64,000 nt of DNA from a virus (Duplodnaviria; Caudoviricetes), in the IMG/VR virus record IMGVR_UViG_3300015607_004069, positions 32,001 through 96,000 of that record; one strand, written 5' to 3'. The notes under the pieces are model-generated. The model saw nothing but the letters and a program-made list of their open reading frames with translations, was not told the DNA's origin and did not search any database. Below, piece after piece: positions 29,465-40,167 of this stretch. How positions within the stretch are numbered: position 1 is the stretch's first letter; every line of letters begins with the position of its first letter. The translations under genes and the position numbers were made by a program.

Positions 29465-30813
29465 TGGCGTGGACAGAGTTTTATATGACTGAATCTGGCA
29501 ACAATCTGAACAGCGGGAGTTCTTCCGACGATGTAGCTACGCTTACTTACGCCAGTGGTAATTGGGTGGTGGGTTTAGGTGTAGCTGTATTCACGGTTGC
29601 TAGCGGTAATCCATCGTCCGATGGTATTGTTGTGGGTGACTGGGTGTCCGTTTATCCTGACGGAAACACGGTGACTCCATTTATTGGTAAAGTGACAGCT
29701 AGAGACTCAACTACTATTACCGTTGATCTTCTGACGAACAAATTTGGTACCCATCCCACCGATGGAACAGGAAATCGAACTTTGAAACGTGGAGGAGCTT
29801 GGTTTAATTTGGCATTATGCGGAACAGGCGGTGCTTTGAACGGAGCCACAGCGCCTCAGGCTACCAAGATTAACCTTAAGGATGGTTATTTCGAAGAGTA
29901 CATTGACGATCGCACGTTTGGGCCTGTAGGGACAGTGGATTACCCAGTATGGTGGTCTGGTTATCTAACGACTCCTGGAGATCTAGACAATATTGAAAAC
30001 TACGCAGCAAGTAAACCAATTATTTATCAGACGCGCACCCTTACTCTTAGTGAAAGAACTATTTTTTCTAATATTATTTTTTACTTTAATAAAGCAACGA
30101 CCCCGGCTGTTATCACGGCAGCTCTTTGCGTCCTTCATGACTGTGACTTCTCTAATGACAGCTCTGGGGCATTGGTTGGGCATTCATCTACGTCTAAAGC
30201 TTGGTTTATTGGCTGCAATTTTTACAGCTACAATGAAGCTACGCTTTCCATTTCTAACACACCTCCTGATTTTCTTGGTTGTTGTTTTTACAACGGGTCT
30301 AATGGAATCGAAACAAATGGTGGCTTGTTTTATCGTTGTATCTTCAACAATCCTGTTAGTTGCGGAATTTTGACTGCTACCGGTGCCTTGACAGTCCTGC
30401 ATTGCTCTTTCTACTCCACAGGATCGGATGCGATCAAGTGGACAGGAACGCCGGGCGAATCGCTTATCGCCAATAACGTTTTTCATTCCAGTGGCGGCTA
30501 TGACATTAACAATGCTAGTGGTGCCACCAGCAACAACGTGGCCATGTTTGGCAATGTCTCGTATTCGCCAACGAGTGGACATACCAATGGTTTAGGGGCC
30601 GAATTGCCGTTCCCTCAGTTAGTTGATAGTGCTTCATCGTTTATTGACCCTGATCTTGATATATTTTGGCTTGCAGAAACCAGCAAAGCTATCGACGCAG
30701 CCATACCTTATAATCCATATGGCCCAGCCTCTCATGCTTCAGACGCTGGCGCTGCGCAGCGTGCTCCTGCTGGCGGTCGTGGATCTGCTCCTTTGTCTGG
30801 AGGTTTCGTATAA
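29464..30813 (+). CDS. Beta-helix (pectin-lyase-like) fibre/spike protein, paralogue of the C-terminal half of 26642-29464
   Basis: Collinear similarity, e.g. WTEFYM..GNNLNSGS, SVYPDGNTVTPFIGKV, SGGYDINNASGA. Confidence 0.7.
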   Translation: MAWTEFYMTESGNNLNSGSSSDDVATLTYASGNWVVGLGVAVFTVASGNPSSDGIVVGDWVSVYPDGNTVTPFIGKVTARDSTTITVDLLTNKFGTHPTDGTGNRTLKRGGAWFNLALCGTGGALNGATAPQATKINLKDGYFEEYIDDRTFGPVGTVDYPVWWSGYLTTPGDLDNIENYAASKPIIYQTRTLTLSERTIFSNIIFYFNKATTPAVITAALCVLHDCDFSNDSSGALVGHSSTSKAWFIGCNFYSYNEATLSISNTPPDFLGCCFYNGSNGIETNGGLFYRCIFNNPVSCGILTATGALTVLHCSFYSTGSDAIKWTGTPGESLIANNVFHSSGGYDINNASGATSNNVAMFGNVSYSPTSGHTNGLGAELPFPQLVDSASSFIDPDLDIFWLAETSKAIDAAIPYNPYGPASHASDAGAAQRAPAGGRGSAPLSGGFV

Positions 30814-31361
30814 TGGAAGAGATTTTGGTCGGGACTACTGACCGCACTATTCTTGTTTTTATTCCCGATCCTGCCTCCACGGATGGTAGTGGGATAACAG
30901 GGTTGGCCCATTCCGCTATTACTGTTAGCTACACACGAGTGGAAACGGACAATGATGTTGCCATCACTGACGTGACTAGTTCTATGTCTGCGATAACCAA
31001 TTTGACAGATGCTCACGTAGATTGGGGTTGGAAGGAAGTGTCGGCTACTTTAGCTCCCGGCTTATATCGCTTGGACGTTGCCGATGCCTTGTTTGCTTCG
31101 GGAGCTTGGTATGTTGTCCTCTATGTGATGATTACTTCGGGATTAGCCGCAGCCATTCCTAAGGCATTTCTATTAAAAGACCCAATTGACGGCTTTGCAC
31201 CTGATGTGTTATTGCAGCGTATTCACAGTTATCTGTGGTCAAAGCGTTCTGGTCTTGATCGTACTTATCCTGATACCGTGACGTTCCGCAATTTCGCTGA
31301 TACGGCAAATCTAGGAACGATCACTTTTGATCAATATGGCAACGTTACAGGAAGTACATAG
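30813..31361 (+). CDS. Putative tail-associated protein
   Basis: TAATG coupling; APGLYRLDVADA motif. Confidence 0.55.
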   Translation: MEEILVGTTDRTILVFIPDPASTDGSGITGLAHSAITVSYTRVETDNDVAITDVTSSMSAITNLTDAHVDWGWKEVSATLAPGLYRLDVADALFASGAWYVVLYVMITSGLAAAIPKAFLLKDPIDGFAPDVLLQRIHSYLWSKRSGLDRTYPDTVTFRNFADTANLGTITFDQYGNVTGST

Positions 31362-31370
31362 TAATAACCT

Positions 31371-33089
31371 ATGACAGAATTATTCTCCACTGATTATCCT
31401 GAAGCTATTGCACTAAATTGTGTAATGAACCCAACAGGGTCATTCATCTATAAAGATTCGTATGACGTTCTCTACGAATATACTTGGATCACTTTGTCGA
31501 ATGGCTCTATTCGTATGGATAGAACCATTTCTGATCCAAGATTATATGGCACCACTAGCAAGCCTGTCTTTGATGGTTCATACTATGTTCTTACTGGCAA
31601 AATAACAAAACAGACTCTGGTTTTTTCTATAAACTCAGATAAGACTTTGACCTTGACTGATTCTTCTAATATTTCAGAAACCATTGGGCCAATAAGGTAT
31701 CGCGGACCTTGCATTCCTAAGTATGTTGATAATTTCTGTTATCATATTGATAGTGCTATAGTTGATGACCTTGAATTTGATATAGAAGAAATTGGAACGA
31801 ACATTACTTCTGGTGACATCACTTCTGGTGATATTACTTCTGGTGATATTACTTCTGGTAATAGCACAGGGATTACTCCAAATCCGCCAGCTATGTTTTC
31901 GACCGTTTTAGACACTTTTTCGGCTGGCAATATCTCTAGCGATGCTGATAATGGGCCTACAAGGCGATTGCTGTCTTCGCCTTATGGTACAGCGACTATC
32001 AGTGGTGGTGAATTAATTTGGCAACAGAGTGGTGGTCTTGATGTTAATCCTGCTGTATTAACATGGGATATACTCGATGTGACTCAATATGGAGCACAAC
32101 GCGAGATAGCTGTTGAGCTACCGGTATTGGTTGCTGGTTTTGGGGCCAGAATCTATTTTAACTGCAATAGCGATTTTACAGATGGATGGCTTTTAGAAAT
32201 TCCGGCAAATAATTTACCCAAATTAATATCAATAACGGGAGGTGTCGAATCAGTTGTTAACACTGGAAGCGAAACAACGACAGGCAGTGGCACAACCTAT
32301 GTTCAAATTATACTCGATAGCGCCGTTGTACGATGCGCTATTATAGATGACAGTACTAGCCCTGAGGGGTCTATAATATATGAGACAAGTCTTGGAAATA
32401 AGGTTAATAATTCTAAGGTAGCTGTTGGTTTATTAGGTTCTGGTGGTAATTCATCGACATGTACTCGATTTGAGACATCTATTAATCTTTGGACATTGCT
32501 TGATACATTTTATGCCCCTGCCAGCCCCGGAACCTTGGCTACTGATGGAGACTTTACTGATGATGGTATTGCTAGAATTCCCATAGCAGGCGATATTAGA
32601 TATGATGCCGTAACCGGAATAGGAATTGTTTGGGCCAATGATGGATCGGCTACCAGCCCTGCTATACTTTCATATGGGCCTTTGCAGATAATTTATACTT
32701 CTATAAGAACAGTAGTCAAAGAGCTGGCTTCAGCAGCAGTAAGAATTTATGTTAATTGTGATGCGACATTTGAGAATGGATGGGTTGTTAGAATTAGTGC
32801 GACTATGATAGAAGTCATTAGGATAGATGCAACTATAGAAACCCCAATTGATTTCGTTAATTGGTCTGGCGGTGATAACTCTGTCTCTGAAGCATGGCTT
32901 AACATAACAAATGTTGCTGGTTATATTGATATTACGGCAGTTGGCCTTAGCAGTGGGGCTGTCGATGGTGACTCGGCGACTTTATCAGTTGATATGGCTT
33001 TTACATACATAAATCAAGATGTGTATGGTATCGGTCTGGAATCAGGAGCGTCCTCGGCACAGGTGACTTATTTTAGATTCCTGAATTAA
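31371..33089 (+). CDS. Putative virion protein with an internally duplicated beta domain
   Basis: Two copies of LDTF..PA(V/I)L..RIY(F/V)NC..F.(D/N)GW; SGDIT repeat linker. Confidence 0.6.
   Translation: MTELFSTDYPEAIALNCVMNPTGSFIYKDSYDVLYEYTWITLSNGSIRMDRTISDPRLYGTTSKPVFDGSYYVLTGKITKQTLVFSINSDKTLTLTDSSNISETIGPIRYRGPCIPKYVDNFCYHIDSAIVDDLEFDIEEIGTNITSGDITSGDITSGDITSGNSTGITPNPPAMFSTVLDTFSAGNISSDADNGPTRRLLSSPYGTATISGGELIWQQSGGLDVNPAVLTWDILDVTQYGAQREIAVELPVLVAGFGARIYFNCNSDFTDGWLLEIPANNLPKLISITGGVESVVNTGSETTTGSGTTYVQIILDSAVVRCAIIDDSTSPEGSIIYETSLGNKVNNSKVAVGLLGSGGNSSTCTRFETSINLWTLLDTFYAPASPGTLATDGDFTDDGIARIPIAGDIRYDAVTGIGIVWANDGSATSPAILSYGPLQIIYTSIRTVVKELASAAVRIYVNCDATFENGWVVRISATMIEVIRIDATIETPIDFVNWSGGDNSVSEAWLNITNVAGYIDITAVGLSSGAVDGDSATLSVDMAFTYINQDVYGIGLESGASSAQVTYFRFLN
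31803..31859 (+). repeat. 15-bp tandem repeat (~4 copies) encoding ITSGD
   Basis: AT(T/C)ACTTCTGGTGA(C/T) repeated. Confidence 0.85.
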
Positions 33090-34018
33090 TTGTAAGGTAA
33101 TGATCTAGTTGGTTTTGTCGGTTGTAGTTTTGAAATTGATTGGTCGATCAAATCAATAATATCTGACTTTTGAATAGAACGAATGGAATAATAATTGTTA
33201 GAATCCAACAGTTGACCGGGGTCCTTCGCATTTTCGATTATAATTATAGGGCATCGCAAACATTGGTTGATTATATAGGCTCCGGCATATCCCCATAAAT
33301 CATTGTCAAAACACACCTCAAAATTCTTGTATTTTTCAATCAGACAGGCTAATTGCCATGGTGATGGTGCCGCAGAACCCAGAGCAATGGCTTTATACCC
33401 AAGACGACGTAAAGCGATGGCATCGAAGATACCTTCAGTTATGGTTATAGTGTCTGTAGAAGAATAATCATCAAAACCCCAGATAAACCATGGATAATTG
33501 GTGAAAGTGTATTTGGCATCAGAGACGAACGCCAGATTAGATGAAATATTGCGAATACACATGCCTGCTAATTTGCCATTGCGCCAATCGCCAGTGGCTG
33601 GGCCTTCGACATGTTTCATTCCATGGATGTCGATAATATGATCATCAGGTATGATATTAAGATCGAGCTTTTCCTGTTCTTTCAAGCAATCATATTTGAT
33701 GGTACAGAAATGCTTTTTAATCTCTTCATCGGTCAGATGTCTGACATCCTGTAACCATGCGTAGTGCTCTGGAGACGGAGTGGTGATGGCGGCTGATAGG
33801 CTTGCTAGTAGTTCTTCAGACTGATAGTTTCTTTTTCTGATGGTGACTAGCTTAGTCTCTGTTGAATCTGGTAATTTGTTGTGTATTCCGATCAATATAG
33901 AGAACAACCCGGCTTTCACCGGGTTGAATGAGTATCTGGATGTGATTTCTGGACGAAATATTAGCTCGTTGATGCTATTGCATAGCTTCTTCGTTTGGTG
34001 GGGCGTTGCTGACTTCAT
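33086..34018 (-). CDS. TOPRIM-domain DNA primase-like protein
   Basis: ITEGIFDAIAL, CFDNDLWG (DxD), KDPG motifs; no N-terminal Zn finger seen. Confidence 0.75.
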   Translation of the reverse strand: MKSATPHQTKKLCNSINELIFRPEITSRYSFNPVKAGLFSILIGIHNKLPDSTETKLVTIRKRNYQSEELLASLSAAITTPSPEHYAWLQDVRHLTDEEIKKHFCTIKYDCLKEQEKLDLNIIPDDHIIDIHGMKHVEGPATGDWRNGKLAGMCIRNISSNLAFVSDAKYTFTNYPWFIWGFDDYSSTDTITITEGIFDAIALRRLGYKAIALGSAAPSPWQLACLIEKYKNFEVCFDNDLWGYAGAYIINQCLRCPIIIIENAKDPGQLLDSNNYYSIRSIQKSDIIDLIDQSISKLQPTKPTRSLPYN

Positions 34019-34949
34019 CGAATGATCCTATCATGTCGTCTTCAGAGTGCTGAACGGCTGTCGGAGGGGTGATGTTGAAAGCTTGTCCGCTTGTTTCCAA
34101 GAACTGGACGACCTTTCCACGATCACTGTTGCCTTCGCTACCGTACATCTCATCATAGTATTTCAATACGTCATCGCCATTGACCTGCCAGAATTTACCG
34201 ATGGCTCGAAGAGAGTCTTGAGCATGCCCATAATTAGGGCCATATTTGGCGATTTTGAGAATCTTATGGCATGCTTCTTCAGTACCATGGTCAGGATTGG
34301 CCAGAGCGAACTGATTGACTCGCTTCGGGTCCATATCTAGAAGCTGATATTCTGGCGTATTGGCGATGTCTTCATCTTGCATGATGGGAGCACTGCCAAC
34401 ACCACCGGTCAGCTGATCCATTTCTTCCATTTCATTGAGGGCCTGCATGGTGCGATCAACGTCTTCCCCGAAAGTGCGGCGTTTACCGGCCATCACTGCT
34501 GGCGGACCACCTTTAGCTGTGCCGCTGGAGTCGGGGGTATTTGCCCATTCTCGGCGTGTGATGTCAGGCTTGCGATCGAACTTTTTGGCGGAGCCGACTA
34601 GTCCACTGGTGAGCCAATATCCGAGATAGGATATCATTTCTTCCTGTGGTGTCTTGTACATGCCGTGTTTCTGAGGGTCCTGATCCCACGATCTCTTGAT
34701 ATTCTGAATTTCCTTCATGAATTTGTTGAAATTGGTTGGTGAAATACCATGATCTTTGTACTTCATCATTTCATTGACAATGATGTCATAGACTTGATCG
34801 CTGGTGACACTAGGATCATTCAGCATGGGAGCCAGAATCGATTTGTAGAAAGTAGACAAATCGCTCAAGTGGCCAGTGTCGCCAATCGCTTCCACAATGA
34901 CTGATTCTGACAAAAGAGCTACATAATAGTTGACGCTGTACTGTGACAT
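33975..34949 (-). CDS. Hypothetical protein, candidate internal head protein
   Basis: N-terminal LLSES/IVEA, internal LNE; acidic. Confidence 0.55.
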   Translation of the reverse strand: MSQYSVNYYVALLSESVIVEAIGDTGHLSDLSTFYKSILAPMLNDPSVTSDQVYDIIVNEMMKYKDHGISPTNFNKFMKEIQNIKRSWDQDPQKHGMYKTPQEEMISYLGYWLTSGLVGSAKKFDRKPDITRREWANTPDSSGTAKGGPPAVMAGKRRTFGEDVDRTMQALNEMEEMDQLTGGVGSAPIMQDEDIANTPEYQLLDMDPKRVNQFALANPDHGTEEACHKILKIAKYGPNYGHAQDSLRAIGKFWQVNGDDVLKYYDEMYGSEGNSDRGKVVQFLETSGQAFNITPPTAVQHSEDDMIGSFDEVSNAPPNEEAMQ

Positions 34950-35021
34950 AGGTTCCGTTTCCTTAAATTATGGACACAATATATATTTGTGTCCTATGGT
35001 TCATGACATACAAAAGAAATA

Positions 35022-35888
35022 CTACTGCAATTTTACAGTTGAATTGATTAAATTAAAATGCCTGATGGCGCTTTCCAGATCGGGATTGTTGTACCAGTTT
35101 AAACTGTTGAAGGTTATGGTGGCATCATTGACAATACAACGTTGTGCAGAAGAACAATAGTGATATAGCCATTTATACTGCTGAGTGTATATCAACGTTC
35201 TGCATTTTGCCGCTTCAGAAATGCAGTCCGCAGGTGACTTGTTTATGACAAATGGAACATGTGGATATTTCTTACTGATATAATCATAGTAACCATAGCT
35301 GATAGCGCATTCAGTTTCTCCAATGAAATCAATGACACCAAATGCGAAAAGTGGCACCCCTATTTCTTTGCATTTTTCTATAGTCGATTCTAGATTGGCA
35401 TCCGGATAGCAATGCCCCACCCAACCCATAGCTTCGTAGGTTTCTGTAGGTGGATTCATGACTCTGGTGGGCCATTTTATATCGTGGTATCTGATCAGTC
35501 TCGTATGGTGAGTGCCTTTGATGAGATAGGAAATAGTTCTTTGATTGGGCAGGTATTCTATGATGTTGATTTTCTTACCGGCATTGATGAACGTGATCAG
35601 ATCGTCATGAAAGTTCGTTCTTCCGCAGCTGAAATCATCATAAAGAATGGTTATTTCTGAGAGTAATGGATCGGTTAGAAGCCAATGATTTATTGGCTGA
35701 TTGCATTCTGTGTGTTTCAATTTAGTAATTTGATTGGATGGTACGGCCAATCCACAATCATTACATATAATCGTCAGATCTGGTTTGATGACATGATAAA
35801 ACTGTGGTTCAAGGAGCCAACGTGCTATGGAAGGTCTTCCTACCAATACAGAGTTGGTTTTACCATTATCAACTCCGTTCATAGCCAC
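35022..35888 (-). CDS. Hypothetical protein
   Basis: 288-aa ORF with an N-terminal CxxC. Confidence 0.5.
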   Translation of the reverse strand: MAMNGVDNGKTNSVLVGRPSIARWLLEPQFYHVIKPDLTIICNDCGLAVPSNQITKLKHTECNQPINHWLLTDPLLSEITILYDDFSCGRTNFHDDLITFINAGKKINIIEYLPNQRTISYLIKGTHHTRLIRYHDIKWPTRVMNPPTETYEAMGWVGHCYPDANLESTIEKCKEIGVPLFAFGVIDFIGETECAISYGYYDYISKKYPHVPFVINKSPADCISEAAKCRTLIYTQQYKWLYHYCSSAQRCIVNDATITFNSLNWYNNPDLESAIRHFNLINSTVKLQ

Positions 35889-36552
35889 AGCCCTTTGTGA
35901 AGTCTTTTATAGCGGAAGAGCCAGTAGTAAGTTGCCTAAAGGTAACTATATAATCATTGTGAAAGCAGACAAATCAGTAGCCATTCATGATTGCAATTTC
36001 AAGCCAATAAATTATCAAGCAAGTGGAAGTGATATCCTGATTGATTATATATTCAACACGATCATGGTCACAAAGAAGAAGGAAAGGTTGTTCATTATTA
36101 TTCATCAGCTGTTGTCAGTCATGTCCTTGGAGTCAATAGATAGTGGTAAGCTGGATCTATTTGGCACTGAAAGGCATATGGTCAATAAGTTCTTGAGCGA
36201 GATAGACCAATATTTTCCTAATCATACTAAAATCTCGGTAGAGCATACAACAACACACGGTCCAATTGATGTTTTGGTATGGTTAGACGATGGATCGTTA
36301 GTGGTTATAGAAGCAAAACGAAAGACAGCTGGAATTTCTGCTTATTCACAGGTTGGGCGATATAGAAACTGGTTGGAGAGTGAGAATTCAGATCGGAAAA
36401 TCATCCCGGTCATATTGTCGCCCAAGATAACGCCTTCTGCTTTGGAGGCATTAGAGCGTGAAGGTGGGCGGTGGATTCAATATTCGATAGGGCAACCGAC
36501 TTATCGAGAACTATTGGGTGATGATTATATGAGTCTTTTTGATGCCGTATAG
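35827..36552 (+). CDS. nucS: Mismatch-specific endonuclease NucS/EndoMS family
   Basis: CEVFYSGRASSKL..IIVKADKSVAIH..KPINYQ N-domain; GPIDVL..VIEAKR..SQVGRY nuclease motif. Confidence 0.8.
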   Translation: MEGLPTNTELVLPLSTPFIATALCEVFYSGRASSKLPKGNYIIIVKADKSVAIHDCNFKPINYQASGSDILIDYIFNTIMVTKKKERLFIIIHQLLSVMSLESIDSGKLDLFGTERHMVNKFLSEIDQYFPNHTKISVEHTTTHGPIDVLVWLDDGSLVVIEAKRKTAGISAYSQVGRYRNWLESENSDRKIIPVILSPKITPSALEALEREGGRWIQYSIGQPTYRELLGDDYMSLFDAV

Positions 36553-37553
36553 GCGGTCTGTTTCATTTTGGCGATATGGTGGGATGTCGCCCCTAATGAT
36601 TTACCCAAGCTGAATTCTGCATCCAAGGTCGTATTGCAGATGATGGGATCATCTGTGCCTAGTGTGACATTCAGATTTTCATGGAGCATGATGGCTAAGG
36701 GGTGATTCTCCAGAGTAGCCACTCCAGTCAGAATATTGCTAGTCAGTCCGAGATCAAAATAGATGTTTAGATCTTTAGCTAATTTGATCAGGTCTGGTTC
36801 TGTGCATATTTTGATGCCGTGAGCGATGTTTGTCACGCCAGCTTCTATGGCTGTCTTGATGTTTCTTGCTGGCCCTGATTCGCCGACATGTGCTCTGACG
36901 ATTTTACCAGAGTTGTGCCATTCTTGTAATAGTGCACTATGAAACGAATGATCGAAGACTGTTTCTTCGCCGACTAGATCGATGCCGATTAGCTTGTCTT
37001 TTAGATCGTCGTTTCTGATCAGTTCTGCGTATCGTTTCTGTTTTTCTTTTTCGCTTTCATATTTTATAGACAGGATGAGTCCGACTTTGTTTGGCCTGTG
37101 TGCTTGAAACCGGTCATGAATGAAGCTTATGGCTTCGACCTTGCTCCATCCAATTGACATGTATTTGTTGATCGAGAAGTCGAGCCAAGCATAGTCGATT
37201 CTGTCAGCTTCAAGTTCGTCGCATATCGATTTGACACTCTGATCAATCAGGTCTTCTGTCCATGGGATCATGTCTAAGATAGCGAATTTGTTTAGGAAAT
37301 GCTTGAAGTCTTTAGGATCATCTGGGCCGAAGACCATCTGGCAGTAGGTGTCGATTTCATCTGTGGCTATATGATGCCAGCCGTTATTATCGATAGTCTG
37401 CCAGATGAAACGATGTGGGATGGAACCGCCCATATGGCGGTGAGTGTCTATGCGTAGTATAGCTGGTGGAAGGTCGATATGTTTATGTATGTTGTACTCT
37501 TCATAGGATTTGATGAATGCAGGCAGTGATTTGTCAGTTTCTGGTAGCATCAT
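36525..37553 (-). CDS. Adenosine/adenine deaminase family
   Basis: DTHRHMGGSI, GIDLVGEE, AHVGE, IAHG, TSN, GTDDP motifs; start uncertain (ORF is open to 37691). Confidence 0.85.
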   Translation of the reverse strand: MMLPETDKSLPAFIKSYEEYNIHKHIDLPPAILRIDTHRHMGGSIPHRFIWQTIDNNGWHHIATDEIDTYCQMVFGPDDPKDFKHFLNKFAILDMIPWTEDLIDQSVKSICDELEADRIDYAWLDFSINKYMSIGWSKVEAISFIHDRFQAHRPNKVGLILSIKYESEKEKQKRYAELIRNDDLKDKLIGIDLVGEETVFDHSFHSALLQEWHNSGKIVRAHVGESGPARNIKTAIEAGVTNIAHGIKICTEPDLIKLAKDLNIYFDLGLTSNILTGVATLENHPLAIMLHENLNVTLGTDDPIICNTTLDAEFSLGKSLGATSHHIAKMKQTAYTASKRLI

Positions 37554-37684
37554 AATGAGTTGTTCCATTCTTGTGATTTGTAATACGTGTTCAGATAGTT
37601 TTAACACCATACCAGTTAAGATAAACAGAAGTGTGTTTTGCAAATATTTAGTATGCATCCATGTATTTCGATTGGGGTATAGAT

Positions 37685-39358
37685 ATGACATCCTTGGAAC
37701 GTGCTATTGAAAATGCTTTACGTCTGAATGAGGCTCGAAATGATGATATGTTTGGTGAGACAAAGCCCGGCAGAACATACGAAGATTTGAAGTGGATTGC
37801 GGCTCCAACAACCGCTCCAGTCGATCGTCGAACAGGTCAGCCAGCAGGTGAACCATGGACCATGAATGAAATCTGGTCGGCTATTCGCCCTATAGTCGTC
37901 CATCGTGCTCGAAAACTGGCTGGTGGTGGATTCTCCAAGAGTGGTGAAGTTGACCAAGGTGTCTTTCAAGATCTAGTACAAAATGCCGCATTAGGTGTCG
38001 TGCAAGCCATTAATACCGGAAAAGACGAAGGGCGAATAGGCAATTCATTCCAGACATGGATCGATAACATCATCAGATCATCCATGCAAGTCGGAAAGTC
38101 TGCTGCTTCCTACTTCAGACCTGCCAGAGGTGCACTAGGCATCTTGGAAGCAGTCAGGGATGCAGCTGGTGCAGAAGCGGCGTTAGATCATTTGGCTACC
38201 AAGTTAGAAGCTACCGGGCCTTATAAAGATCAGATTGCCAATCTGGCAACTGCCTTGAGGGATGCCTATGCTTCTGGCAATACCGCTGCCATCAAAAAGA
38301 TGAAAACCGATATGAAGAAATTGAGAGAAGCCATTTCGGAAGCTGAAGAATCAGATCGAACACAAGGTGCCTTCACCGGTCTACATGATACAATATCTGT
38401 CCGTGGACGACAGGAAGCACACAACAAATTCAGGCAAGAACACGGTGTCACCAAGGCCTTCACCACCACCAACTCGGAAGGTGAGAGCATGGAAGCACCT
38501 GATACTCCTTTCGAAAAATCGCATGTTGGCGGCATGGCGACGAGAGAAGCCGCTCGCCGGGTACTTGAAATCGCGTTAAATGGTTATACTGATTCCAGTG
38601 GTGTGAGTCATCCTCCTCTGAATCAGCGTGACTTTCGGATTTTGATAAGATTGTTCGGTCTGAGTGATTATCCCGGTGCCGGTGGTACCAAGGATTATGA
38701 ATTCGACATGAACAAGTACAATGAGGCCATCACCGCTTTGGAAGCAGGCCAGCCGGTATCTATTCAGCCTATGAATACGAAGGAACTGGATATGCTGGCG
38801 AACTACATTAATGCTGATGAAGAAACTAGAAATCAGATGTATGATGCCTTCAGCGAATATCATTCAGCCAAGGAATCGAATCAAGATCCCGGCGATCCGG
38901 TTGTTATTAAAGTCAGATCATCTGATCCAGATGCTCAGGATGAAATAGCTTACATGAATGCTATGTCACCGTGGGCAAGAAGCGGAAGGCCACAGCTTGG
39001 TCCGAAGGCCATCAAGGCCGATTTGGGATTTGATTTTTCTGACGTACGTCTGAACACTCTGATCAATGGCATTATGAAGGGTGTGAAGGCTCGTCCCAGC
39101 AAGCCCGGTAAGCCCGGTTGGGCGGCTGAGCTTGGTCGCAAGTTAGGTCATAAGATAGTGGGCGACGTTCCAGAAGCTGCTATGGCAGAATCGGTCTGGA
39201 AGGACATCGTTCTAAATGTTCTGGTCGAATTCAACGGGCTGTTCCATAAGATTTATGCTGATCTGCTGACGGAGCAACAGGAATTCGATGCTTGCCGACC
39301 ATTTCATCAAAGGCTGCTTCGAGAGAGTCAGCGTATCATAGAGAGTCTTAATGGCTAA
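37685..39358 (+). CDS. Large divergent sigma-70-like protein
   Basis: Region-2-like RPIVVHRARKL..FQDLVQNAALGVVQAI..SFQTWI; region-4-like PLNQRDFRILIRLFGL; long insertions. Confidence 0.5.
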   Translation: MTSLERAIENALRLNEARNDDMFGETKPGRTYEDLKWIAAPTTAPVDRRTGQPAGEPWTMNEIWSAIRPIVVHRARKLAGGGFSKSGEVDQGVFQDLVQNAALGVVQAINTGKDEGRIGNSFQTWIDNIIRSSMQVGKSAASYFRPARGALGILEAVRDAAGAEAALDHLATKLEATGPYKDQIANLATALRDAYASGNTAAIKKMKTDMKKLREAISEAEESDRTQGAFTGLHDTISVRGRQEAHNKFRQEHGVTKAFTTTNSEGESMEAPDTPFEKSHVGGMATREAARRVLEIALNGYTDSSGVSHPPLNQRDFRILIRLFGLSDYPGAGGTKDYEFDMNKYNEAITALEAGQPVSIQPMNTKELDMLANYINADEETRNQMYDAFSEYHSAKESNQDPGDPVVIKVRSSDPDAQDEIAYMNAMSPWARSGRPQLGPKAIKADLGFDFSDVRLNTLINGIMKGVKARPSKPGKPGWAAELGRKLGHKIVGDVPEAAMAESVWKDIVLNVLVEFNGLFHKIYADLLTEQQEFDACRPFHQRLLRESQRIIESLNG

Positions 39359-40166
39359 GTTATCTCTATTGAATGAAGCTGGTGCGCAGGACATCAAAGG
39401 TGCCGTTGAATTTGGCTATCCAAGCGCGGAACGACCAAATCCAACGGTATTGCCACTTGGGTCATATACTCATCCACGTACTCAGAACAATCTGATGGCT
39501 GGGATGAATCTTGATTTGTTAAGTCCGGGTGAGATTGAACGCATCAAACGGACTCAGAAGGCTATTTTCAAGAACAAGAATCTACCTGACAGATACTGGG
39601 CAGCTCGTCGTATGCACCCCGCTGCTATGGAGCGGTCCTACCGGACTTATGATTTGGATAAAGTTGATGGTGTCAAGCCCGTCAGGGCTACAGCACAACC
39701 TGCCGTAAAAGGACAATCTGTCAACCCTCCTAAGGGGACTGTTGACTCGTTTCGGCCTAAACAATGGGCCGTCCCAGAGCCTAAAGTAACACCACCAGCT
39801 GACACCGTTCCCGTACCTGATGTGGTCCAAGATCGTGGCGGTATAGACCAGACTAGGGAATTCCCACAGCAGAACATACAGCAGGCACAAAGGCAGACGC
39901 AAACAAAACCACAACCAAGCCAGCAATCTGTAGCTAGCCAAGATCAGGAATTTTATGAGCCTGTCAGGCCACAGCCACAAATTCCGATGTCTGTACCAGA
40001 TAATACGCCTAATGCCATTGGGGATGAGGAAGACGGCATACATGATATTGATAGTGCTCCTGAATTGAAATCAGATAATACCACGACGACCGTTGGTATT
40101 AATAATGAGCCGCCAAATGAGCCGTTAGAGGATGAGTTAGATAAGTTATTTAATAGCGAGGAGTAG
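39351..40166 (+). CDS. Hypothetical protein, disordered Q/P-rich C-terminus
   Basis: Begins MAKLSLLNEA. Confidence 0.55.
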   Translation: MAKLSLLNEAGAQDIKGAVEFGYPSAERPNPTVLPLGSYTHPRTQNNLMAGMNLDLLSPGEIERIKRTQKAIFKNKNLPDRYWAARRMHPAAMERSYRTYDLDKVDGVKPVRATAQPAVKGQSVNPPKGTVDSFRPKQWAVPEPKVTPPADTVPVPDVVQDRGGIDQTREFPQQNIQQAQRQTQTKPQPSQQSVASQDQEFYEPVRPQPQIPMSVPDNTPNAIGDEEDGIHDIDSAPELKSDNTTTTVGINNEPPNEPLEDELDKLFNSEE

Positions 40167-40167
40167 G

